DNA of 64,000 bases from Spirochaetia bacterium (GTDB lineage: Bacteria > Spirochaetota > Spirochaetia > UBA9216), in assembly GCA_963675665.1 (NCBI GenBank), contig OY776510.1, forward strand, positions 2,304,001 through 2,368,000, read 5' to 3'. The position numbers and the translations under genes are program-made. Each line of letters opens with the position of its first letter. Within the stretch, counting starts at the first letter, position 1. A model generated the notes under the pieces. That model ran no database searches and was not told the DNA's origin. It saw nothing but the letters and a program-made list of their open reading frames with translations. Below, one piece after another: positions 1 through 8,500 of the stretch.

Positions 1-1
1 G

Positions 2-301
2 ACAGCTGCAATCAGACATATGCAGGCCTTTTCACAGCATCCGTTTCGAACATGGAAAACAATACACGATAGTTTGATACCTTATATTCAAAAGGTTAAA
101 GGAAGTTTTGCCTTTGATGAAATTCAAGCTGTGAATAAACTTTTTATACCCGGTGAATACGAGAAGGATCTGCCGTTAAGTGGTTCCTATTTGATCGGGT
201 ATTACCATGAACGCGCCTACATTGAGAATTTGGCTAAGATTGCCAGTGATAAAAAGAAAGGAAAAAATGGTAGCGAAAAGGAGAATAACAATGACAGATA
301 A
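2..301 (+). CDS. cas8c: Type I-C Cas8c/Csd1 large subunit, C-terminal end (5' truncated by window edge)
   Basis: Open frame from position 2 (TAAIRHMQAFSQHPFRTW...LSGSYLIGYYHER) resembles the Csd1 C-terminus and overlaps the cas7c start. Confidence 0.85.
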   Translation, partial: TAAIRHMQAFSQHPFRTWKTIHDSLIPYIQKVKGSFAFDEIQAVNKLFIPGEYEKDLPLSGSYLIGYYHERAYIENLAKIASDKKKGKNGSEKENNNDR

Positions 302-1142
302 TAACACACTTACAAACAAGATTGATTTTGCGGTAATTATTTCTGTAAAAAGAGCGAACCCTAACGGAGATCCCCTGAATGGGAATCGCCCCCGTCAGAC
401 GTATGATGGATATGGTGAAATTTCTGATGTTTGCCTTAAACGTAAAATTCGTAATCGCCTCCAAGATTTGGGCGAATCAATTTTTGTTCAGTCGGATGAT
501 AACCGTGTCGATGATTTCCGTTCGCTAAACGATCGTTTTAAAGCAGCAAACCTTGGTAAAGATACAAGAGACGAATCTTGTAAAAAATGGTTTGATGTAC
601 GGGCTTTTGGACAGGTTTTTGCCTTTAAATCAAAAAAGAATAAAGAAGCGGATAGCTCAGAAGAAAATGCCGATGCAGTGTCTGTAGGAATACGTGGTCC
701 AGTAAGCATTCAGAGTGCTTTCAGTTTGGAATCGATTACACCTGAAAGTTTACAGATAACGAAAAGTGTCAATTTGGAAACTAACATAAAAGAACCGGAT
801 AAAAAAGGCTCCGACACAATGGGTATGAAACATAGGGTTGATAAGGGAATTTATGTAACCTATGGAGCTATCAATACCCAGCTTGCTAGTAAAACCGGCT
901 TTTCTGATGATGATGCAGAAAAAGTAAAATTGGCTTTACAAACTTTGTTTGTAAATGATGCTTCTTCTGCCCGTCCTGAAGGCAGTATGGAAGTGAAAAA
1001 AGTTATCTGGTGGGAACACAGTTCCAAAACAGGGCAATACTCGTCAGCAAAGGTTCATGGCTCCCTCATTGTGAATTCTGATGGTAGCTATACATTGAAT
1101 AATCTTGATGGTCTGGTTCCAAAAGAACTAGATGGTCAGTAA
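291..1142 (+). CDS. cas7c: Type I-C Cas7c/Csd2 backbone subunit
   Basis: ANPNGDPLNGNRPR, SDVCLKRKIRN, FDVRAFGQVFA, GPVSI and DTMGMKHRV motifs; ATG 291 follows an AAGGAG RBS. Confidence 0.95.
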   Translation: MTDNNTLTNKIDFAVIISVKRANPNGDPLNGNRPRQTYDGYGEISDVCLKRKIRNRLQDLGESIFVQSDDNRVDDFRSLNDRFKAANLGKDTRDESCKKWFDVRAFGQVFAFKSKKNKEADSSEENADAVSVGIRGPVSIQSAFSLESITPESLQITKSVNLETNIKEPDKKGSDTMGMKHRVDKGIYVTYGAINTQLASKTGFSDDDAEKVKLALQTLFVNDASSARPEGSMEVKKVIWWEHSSKTGQYSSAKVHGSLIVNSDGSYTLNNLDGLVPKELDGQ

Positions 1143-1159
1143 TCCTAAGGAGTCACCCC

Positions 1160-1993
1160 ATGTCTGATCAAATCGCCGTCTTTCAGGGAAAATCGATCCG
1201 TAAAACCATCTATCAAAACGAATGGTGGTTTTCCGTTGCTGATGTTGTCGAAATCTTGAGCGACACTAGTGATCCCAAACAGTACATCAAGAAAATGAGA
1301 CAACGGGACCAGGAACTGAACTCCAAGTGGGGTACAATTTGTACCCCACTTGAATTGTTAGCTCCCGACGGGAAGAAAAGGAAAACCAACTGCGCCAACA
1401 CTGAAGGAATATTCCGCATCATCCAGTCCATTCCCTCTCCCAAAGCGGAACCATTCAAACGCTGGCTGGCCAAAGTCGGATACGAACGGATACAGGAAAT
1501 TGAAGATCCTGAACTGACCATCCGGAGGATGAGGGAAACCTACATCATTAAGGGATACAGCGAAGAATGGATTGAAAAACGTCTTCGTGGAATGGAAGTA
1601 CGAAAGGACCTGACGGAAGAGTGGGACAAGAGGGGAGTTAAGGAAGAAAAGGACTATGCCATCTTAACGGCGGAGATCAGTAAAGCGGCTTTCGGTATGA
1701 CGCCGGAACAATACAAACACCATAAAGGTCTGGATAAACCCTCTGAAAACCTTCGGGACCATATGACCGATCTTGAGCTGATCTTTACCATGCTGGGAGA
1801 AGCCTCGACAACCGAAATAGCCCGAAACAGAGATGCTCAGGGTTTTGAGCAAAACAAAAAAGCTTCCAGAGAAGGTGGAGAGGTTGCGGGAAGTGCAAGA
1901 AATGAACTGGAAAAGCGTTCGGGGCGTATGGTGGTATCCAAGAACAACTATAAGGGAATTCCTGAAAAAGAAATGAGGAAAAAACTGGAATAA
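1160..1993 (+). CDS. BRO-N domain protein (phage antirepressor-like)
   Basis: IRK..EWWFSVADVVEIL, IFRIIQSIPSPKAEPFKRWLA and LRDHMTDLELIF motifs; AAGGAG RBS. Confidence 0.85.
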   Translation: MSDQIAVFQGKSIRKTIYQNEWWFSVADVVEILSDTSDPKQYIKKMRQRDQELNSKWGTICTPLELLAPDGKKRKTNCANTEGIFRIIQSIPSPKAEPFKRWLAKVGYERIQEIEDPELTIRRMRETYIIKGYSEEWIEKRLRGMEVRKDLTEEWDKRGVKEEKDYAILTAEISKAAFGMTPEQYKHHKGLDKPSENLRDHMTDLELIFTMLGEASTTEIARNRDAQGFEQNKKASREGGEVAGSARNELEKRSGRMVVSKNNYKGIPEKEMRKKLE

Positions 1994-1996
1994 GGC

Positions 1997-2089
1997 ATGT
2001 ATACTAATGACTCGGACTTGCTCATGATCTACGCCCCGCGATATTACATATTCTGTCCCAGTCAATGCGCGTTGATTCATATAGAGTAG
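1997..2089 (+). pseudogene. Relic 5' fragment of a second cas4
   Basis: Translates MYTNDSDLLMIYAPRYYIFCPSQCALIHIE*, which aligns with the intact Cas4 N-terminus MFDEEDLVPISALQHVLFCERQYALIHLEQ. Confidence 0.75.
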
Positions 2090-2135
2090 GCTTGAACAGT
2101 TTTAATGGGTACATACGTTTAAATTCTTTTCCTAA

Positions 2136-2192
2136 TTGACGCCAACTCTATTGGCGATTATTATAATATATGCCAACTCTATTGGCGATTAT
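2136..2192 (+). promoter_or_regulatory. Sigma70-type promoter with two tandem palindromic operator-like repeats
   Basis: TTGACG(2136)-17 bp-TATTAT(2159). The 21-bp repeat GCCAACTCTATTGGCGATTAT occurs at 2141 and 2172, each copy containing GCCAA-N5-TTGGC. Confidence 0.7.
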
Positions 2193-2220
2193 AAGCATTT
2201 TCGACTATTTAGGGGAGTTT

Positions 2221-3402
2221 ATGAGTGAGTACAGGAACCGTGCTATTGATTTAAGGGAGTTGCTTGCCGAAAGGTCGCTTTTTTTACTGGGACCGAGGCA
2301 GACGGGGAAGTCTTCTTTTGTACGGGAAGAATTATCCGGAGTTCCTGCGCTTTCATATAATCTGCTTGACAACAGTCTTCGTTTCAGGCTTACAGCTGAT
2401 CCGTCATATATGCGTCAGGAAATTGAGGCAAAGGGGTTTAGAGACTGTGTTGTTTTCATCGACGAGATTCAGAAGTGTCCGTTTCTGCTGGATGAGGTGC
2501 ATCTTCTTATCGAGGAAAGGGGTGTTCGGTTTCTCCTTACCGGCTCAAGCGCCAGAAAGCTCCGAAGCGCTGGGGTAAATCTTCTGGGTGGAAGGGCCAG
2601 AACCAGGGCTATGCATCCATTTGTTTATCCCGAAGTAGCCGGAACGGATTTTTCCCTTGAACGGATGATGAACAGCGGCCTGTTGCCTCCACACTATCTG
2701 TCTTCAAACCCTGTCGAGGATCTGGATGCTTATGTGAATACTTATCTTGCGGAAGAGATAGCGGCTGAAGGCGCTTCGAGAAATATTCCTGCTTTTGCAC
2801 GATTTTTGCAGGTTGCAGCAGCTACTAATGCGAGAATGATTAATTATACCAATGTGGCAGGCGATGCCCAGGTGCCCCGGCAGACTGTGCGGTCATGGTA
2901 TCAGATTTTAACCGACACGCTTCTTGGTTATGAACTGTCTCCGTATACCAGGACTGTAAAGAGAAAACCGATAGAAACTGCCAAGTTTTATTTCTTTGAT
3001 ATCGGAATTGTCAGAATACTGCGAAGACTCCCCGCGGTTGTTCCGGAAAGTTCCGATTTCGGCGAGTTTTTTGAGCATTTTATTTTTATGGAACTGCGTG
3101 CGTGGATTGATTACCGTAAACCAAATACCGGATTGTCCTACTGGCGTTCAAATACGGGTTTTGAGGTTGATTTTATCCTGGACAATAATATTGCCGTTGA
3201 GGTTAAATCGGCGACTGTTATCCATGACAAGCATTTGAAGGGACTTAAGGCTTTGAGGGAAGAGGGGATAATAAGCAGATACTTTCTGGTCTGCAGGGAA
3301 CCAAGGCAGCGTCTTGTTGACGGTATCCATATAATGCCGTGGCAGGATTTCCTTGAGCGCCTGTGGTCTGATGAGTTTTCCAGGGATTTGGGGAATGTTT
3401 GA
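2221..3402 (+). CDS. AAA+ ATPase (AAA_14 + DUF4143) with C-terminal PD-(D/E)XK-like motif
   Basis: Walker A GPRQTGKS, Walker B VFIDEIQ, LTGSSAR, KFYFFDIG, YWR...EVDFI...AVEVK. ATG 2221 follows a GGGGAG RBS. Confidence 0.88.
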   Translation: MSEYRNRAIDLRELLAERSLFLLGPRQTGKSSFVREELSGVPALSYNLLDNSLRFRLTADPSYMRQEIEAKGFRDCVVFIDEIQKCPFLLDEVHLLIEERGVRFLLTGSSARKLRSAGVNLLGGRARTRAMHPFVYPEVAGTDFSLERMMNSGLLPPHYLSSNPVEDLDAYVNTYLAEEIAAEGASRNIPAFARFLQVAAATNARMINYTNVAGDAQVPRQTVRSWYQILTDTLLGYELSPYTRTVKRKPIETAKFYFFDIGIVRILRRLPAVVPESSDFGEFFEHFIFMELRAWIDYRKPNTGLSYWRSNTGFEVDFILDNNIAVEVKSATVIHDKHLKGLKALREEGIISRYFLVCREPRQRLVDGIHIMPWQDFLERLWSDEFSRDLGNV

Positions 3403-4054
3403 CGAGGAAGATCTTGTCCCGATTTCAGCTTTGCAGCATGTTTTATTCTGTGAGCGCCAGTACGCGCTGATCCATCTTGAGCAGTTGTGGGAAGAGAACC
3501 TTTTCACCGCGGAGGGCAGGATCCTGCATGAACGTGTGGATATTGAGCATCACGAGTCGCGTAGAGATTTTAAAGTTGAATACGGGATGGCTATAAGATC
3601 GCTTGAGTACGGATTAATAGGCAAGGCTGATGTAGTTGAATTCCGGAAAAGCAGTGATGGGGGTTATGTGGAAATTACTCCTGTTGAGTTCAAGCGGGGG
3701 AAAACCAAGACAGAGGACTGGGATAATATTCAGCTTTGTGCTCAGGCTTTATGTCTTGAAGAGATGTTTTTAATCGATATTCAATACGGGCAATTTTACT
3801 ATTTTCAGGAGCATAGACGGAGTGATGTGGATTTTTCGGGAGAGCTTCGGCGTAAAACCACAGATATGATTGACCGGATAAGGGCAATTAACTCACTTAG
3901 AAAAACTCCTGCTGCCGTATATAATAAAAAACGATGTGATTGCTGTTCTATTTCTGACATTTGTATGCCAAGGGCTTTAAACGGCGGAGGTAAAAATGTT
4001 TCAAAATATATGTCGATACAAACCAGCAAAACATTGGCGGATGGTACGGAATAA
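3395..4054 (+). CDS. cas4: CRISPR-associated Cas4
   Basis: ISALQH..FCERQ, GKADVVE, PVEFKRG, QLCAQALCLEEM, C-terminal CxxCxxxxxC; ATG overlaps the ATPase stop. Confidence 0.95.
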   Translation: MFDEEDLVPISALQHVLFCERQYALIHLEQLWEENLFTAEGRILHERVDIEHHESRRDFKVEYGMAIRSLEYGLIGKADVVEFRKSSDGGYVEITPVEFKRGKTKTEDWDNIQLCAQALCLEEMFLIDIQYGQFYYFQEHRRSDVDFSGELRRKTTDMIDRIRAINSLRKTPAAVYNKKRCDCCSISDICMPRALNGGGKNVSKYMSIQTSKTLADGTE

Positions 4055-5085
4055 TGAGAAAGCTTCTGAATAATCTGTATGTCAGTACACAGGGCAGTTA
4101 TCTGCACAGAGAGGGTGAAACTATTGTAATTGAACAGGAACAGAAGAAGGTACTTCAACTTCCTATTCATACAATAGGAAATATTGTCTGTTTCGGCAAT
4201 GTGATGTGTTCTCCGCCTCTTTTAGGGTTATGCGCAGAGCGTGATGTAAGTGTGTCGTTTATGACTGAATACGGACGTTTTCTTGCCGCAGTAAGGGGTC
4301 CCGTACGGGGAAATGTTTTACTCAGAAGAGAGCAGTACAGAAAGGCTGATAATGCTGCTATTGTAAGGGATGTAGCAGCAAATATTATAACTGTAAAGCT
4401 GGCAAACTCAAAGGTAGTGCTGAAACGAGCCTATCGTGATCATAATGACAAAGTCGATACTGAAGTTCTTAAAGGCGCTTCGTCACAGATTAACGGTCTT
4501 CTTCAGCTGCTTGATAAAGCAGGGGATACCGAGGAGGTAAGGGGTATTGAAGGAATGGCGGCTGTTCGTTATTTTGGAGTCTTCAATAATCTGATTATCG
4601 ATCAGAAAGAGGATTTTATTTTTAACGACAGGAATCGCAGACCTCCCCTTGATGAGGTAAACGCTCTTTTATCTTTTGCATATACCGTCTTGTCTCATGA
4701 TGTCAGATCTGCACTGGAAACAGTTGGGCTTGATCCTGCTGTGGGTTTTCTTCATCGCGATCGTCCCGGCAGATACGGGTTGGCCCTTGATTTGATGGAA
4801 GAGTTTAGGTCGGTAATTGCCGATCGGCTTGTGTTGTCTTTAATTAATAGAAGGCAAGTTAGCAGATCCGGATTTAAGAAAGCGGAAAACGGCGCTGTAG
4901 TTATGGATCAGGATACTAAAAAAATACTTCTAACAGAGTATCAAAACCGAAAGCAGACTGAGATATATCATCCATATATCGAAGAGAAAATACCTATCGG
5001 TCTTTTATTTTTTATTCAGGCAAATTTAATGGCCAGGTTCATAAGAGGCGACATAGACGGATATCCCGCTTTTTTTTGGAGGTGA
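4054..5085 (+). CDS. cas1: Type I-C Cas1
   Basis: MRKLLNNLYV, RGIEG, NALLSF, LALDLMEEFR; 343 aa. Confidence 0.97.
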   Translation: MRKLLNNLYVSTQGSYLHREGETIVIEQEQKKVLQLPIHTIGNIVCFGNVMCSPPLLGLCAERDVSVSFMTEYGRFLAAVRGPVRGNVLLRREQYRKADNAAIVRDVAANIITVKLANSKVVLKRAYRDHNDKVDTEVLKGASSQINGLLQLLDKAGDTEEVRGIEGMAAVRYFGVFNNLIIDQKEDFIFNDRNRRPPLDEVNALLSFAYTVLSHDVRSALETVGLDPAVGFLHRDRPGRYGLALDLMEEFRSVIADRLVLSLINRRQVSRSGFKKAENGAVVMDQDTKKILLTEYQNRKQTEIYHPYIEEKIPIGLLFFIQANLMARFIRGDIDGYPAFFWR

Positions 5086-5088
5086 GTT

Positions 5089-5379
5089 ATGATGGTTTTA
5101 GTAAGCTACGATGTAGCCGTATCAACAGACGGCGGGCAGAGAAGGCTAAGGCGAATTGCTAAGGCTTGCCAAAATTATGGTCAGAGAGTCCAATTTTCAG
5201 TATTTGAATGCGTAGTTGATCCGGCCCAGTGGGCAAAATTAAAGAACAATCTGGAAAAAATAATTGATAAGGATAAAGACAGCTTACGGTATTACTACTT
5301 GGGAGCAAATTATAAAAAAAGAGTGGAACATGTCGGAGCAAAGGCTTCCATTGATATCGACAGCCCTATAATTGTCTGA
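5089..5379 (+). CDS. cas2: Cas2
   Basis: MMVLVSYDV, GQRVQFSVFEC, DSLRYYYLG; 96 aa. Confidence 0.97.
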   Translation: MMVLVSYDVAVSTDGGQRRLRRIAKACQNYGQRVQFSVFECVVDPAQWAKLKNNLEKIIDKDKDSLRYYYLGANYKKRVEHVGAKASIDIDSPIIV

Positions 5380-5554
5380 TGCGAACCCCGATGATACATG
5401 AAAACAAGCGAAACTCGCAACTGGAGTAATTCTTTATAATACAATGATCTATGAAAATTAAGAGAAGGATTTTTAAAGAAATCTTGCCTACTTTTAGAGG
5501 TTCGCAATATTGACATTTTAATTTATTATTATATAAATAATTATATAAAGTATA
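5380..5554 (+). promoter_or_regulatory. CRISPR leader
   Basis: AT-rich 175 bp between cas2 and the first repeat. Inverted motifs TGCGAACC (5380) and GGTTCGCA (5499); TTGACA at 5510 with TATAAA at 5532. Confidence 0.85.
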
Positions 5555-8500
5555 GTCGCTCCCTTCGCGGGAGCGTGGATTGAAACATTAAATGGATGTG
5601 TGAGAAGGCTGATGATTTTAAGTCGCTCCCTTCGCGGGAGCGTGGATTGAAACGTGATTACGCATTCTGCGGCTACTGTCATGACCGAGTCGCTCCCTTC
5701 GCGGGAGCGTGGATTGAAACAAATCTAAGGATCGGCTGTATTCCAATTTATAAGGTCGCTCCCTTCGCGGGAGCGTGGATTGAAACTTATACAATGTAAC
5801 ATATAAATAACCTTGCTCATGTCGCTCCCTTCGCGGGAGCGTGGATTGAAACAATCCGTCTGCTTTGAGCCTCATTATTAGCGCGTGTCGCTCCCTTCGC
5901 GGGAGCGTGGATTGAAACGATTTAAAGATTAAAGTATCGCTGAGAAAGGGAAGGTCGCTCCCTTCGCGGGAGCGTGGATTGAAACACAACATCAAGCCTC
6001 AGGATGATTCGTGGTCAAGTCGCTCCCTTCGCGGGAGCGTGGATTGAAACCATTTCCCGGCTTTCGCATCGGCTATTGAATCAGGTCGCTCCCTTCGCGG
6101 GAGCGTGGATTGAAACAGGATAACAATGCTACAAATGCCGGCTCGATTGAGTCGCTCCCTTCGCGGGAGCGTGGATTGAAACAGGATAACAATGCTACAA
6201 ATGCCGGCTCGATTGAGTCGCTCCCTTCGCGGGAGCGTGGATTGAAACAATTATTATCCACTTGGGGATTTTGCAGATGCAGAGTCGCTCCCTTCGCGGG
6301 AGCGTGGATTGAAACAGGCTCCCGCTGGAACAATGGTATGTAACGAGCCTGTCGCTCCCTTCGCGGGAGCGTGGATTGAAACATTTAATAAAATCTTGCC
6401 GTCCTAAACAAATAAACGTCGCTCCCTTCGCGGGAGCGTGGATTGAAACTCTTGTATATTTCTGACCTGTTAAATCATCTGTAGTCGCTCCCTTCGCGGG
6501 AGCGTGGATTGAAACCAGTTATGAGGATAATTTTACAACCCTTGCTGCAGGTCGCTCCCTTCGCGGGAGCGTGGATTGAAACACACGAGTACTGACAATG
6601 GCGGTTATTACAGTAGGTCGCTCCCTTCGCGGGAGCGTGGATTGAAACATCTCATCCCAAGATTTACAGAGTTCCCTTTCAAGGTCGCTCCCTTCGCGGG
6701 AGCGTGGATTGAAACAGTATAAACGTGGCTTTGGGTTTGTTGAGGCTGAGTCGCTCCCTTCGCGGGAGCGTGGATTGAAACAATCATACAGGTGTTTATA
6801 TCCCTACATTACCCGGTCGCTCCCTTCGCGGGAGCGTGGATTGAAACCCTCCAAAATTTCATCTAACGTCTCGCGAATAAAGTCGCTCCCTTCGCGGGAG
6901 CGTGGATTGAAACACACGTTTAAAGAGGGTGACGATGTATATGTCGGGTCGCTCCCTTCGCGGGAGCGTGGATTGAAACAAGTTCTCCGAATATAGGGAC
7001 CTCAAGAGATCCACGTCGCTCCCTTCGCGGGAGCGTGGATTGAAACTAATAGGATATGGCGGTATTGAGAATATATCATGGTCGCTCCCTTCGCGGGAGC
7101 GTGGATTGAAACCTCGGGTAGCATGTAGCAATGCCTGCCCCTGATAGTCGCTCCCTTCGCGGGAGCGTGGATTGAAACATGTACTGACTCTGGCGTCTCC
7201 CACGGATACCCAAGTCGCTCCCTTCGCGGGAGCGTGGATTGAAACAAAGTCCTTTAGCGTCTCTTTACGGAAAGTAACGGGTCGCTCCCTTCGCGGGAGC
7301 GTGGATTGAAACCCGCTATCCGGGCAAACGGTGGTTAAATCCCGGCGTCGCTCCCTTCGCGGGAGCGTGGATTGAAACATTTGGATTATAATCATCACAA
7401 TAGAAGTCGTTGGTCGCTCCCTTCGCGGGAGCGTGGATTGAAACTCACAAGCGATAAGCGTTGAGCCTGAGCCGAGAAAGTCGCTCCCTTCGCGGGAGCG
7501 TGGATTGAAACATCAACAGTCAGCATCCGCGCCTTATCAGACGAAAGTCGCTCCCTTCGCGGGAGCGTGGATTGAAACTCTGATCGCAATATGTAGTGAT
7601 GGCCCAGAGAGAGTCGCTCCCTTCGCGGGAGCGTGGATTGAAACAGATAAATCAGTTTTTTGCACAACTATTGAAACTAGTCGCTCCCTTCGCGGGAGCG
7701 TGGATTGAAACCCGGCAATAAGATAGGAAACCCCGGACTACCCGGGTCGCTCCCTTCGCGGGAGCGTGGATTGAAACATATTGATAGCCAAGACTAACTA
7801 ATTTCCCTATAGGTCGCTCCCTTCGCGGGAGCGTGGATTGAAACTTTCATTGGTTGAGACATGTTGTCTTTAGCGTCAGTCGCTCCCTTCGCGGGAGCGT
7901 GGATTGAAACGATATCTATCTGGTAAGTAGATCGATAAACACAAAGTCGCTCCCTTCGCGGGAGCGTGGATTGAAACCTTCTAATGCTGCGGCGCACCCG
8001 GTTGAACCTGAGTCGCTCCCTTCGCGGGAGCGTGGATTGAAACTTTGCTCATCTGTTAAAATCTGTCCGGATGGTAAGTCGCTCCCTTCGCGGGAGCGTG
8101 GATTGAAACATGCCGAGCTTTTAAGCCGGGACACCGAATATAAAGTCGCTCCCTTCGCGGGAGCGTGGATTGAAACCGACTACAGCAGGTACATATTACA
8201 TCCGCGCCGGAAGTCGCTCCCTTCGCGGGAGCGTGGATTGAAACCATTATGGGCCGAACTTACAGCCCGACCACGTAAGTCGCTCCCTTCGCGGGAGCGT
8301 GGATTGAAACTTTTTACCAAATCCTGCCAAGAGATTTGTCCATCGTCGCTCCCTTCGCGGGAGCGTGGATTGAAACTATTCATGAAACCCCCACTTTATC
8401 GTGTCTATAACGTCGCTCCCTTCGCGGGAGCGTGGATTGAAACGACCTCTACTACATTGTCAGTAAGTTCCAACCATCGTCGCTCCCTTCGCGGGAGCGT

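Noticed and set aside
207-290. Upstream extensions of ORF-track calls (cas7 from 207; likewise ATPase 2170, cas4 3353, MFP 57760)
   Set aside because: Downstream ATGs have better RBS or overlap context and match family N-termini.
6316-6350. Spacer 12 has 6-bp inverted ends (AGGCTC...GAGCCT)
   Set aside because: Too short to distinguish from chance among 80 spacers.
7645-7679. Spacer 32 contains ATTGAAAC, identical to the repeat 3' end
   Set aside because: An 8-bp AT-rich match in a normal-length spacer; no evidence of a partial repeat.
6583-8478. 11-bp match TACTGACAATG between spacer 16 and the reverse complement of spacer 44
   Set aside because: The flanks do not align, so it is probably coincidental.
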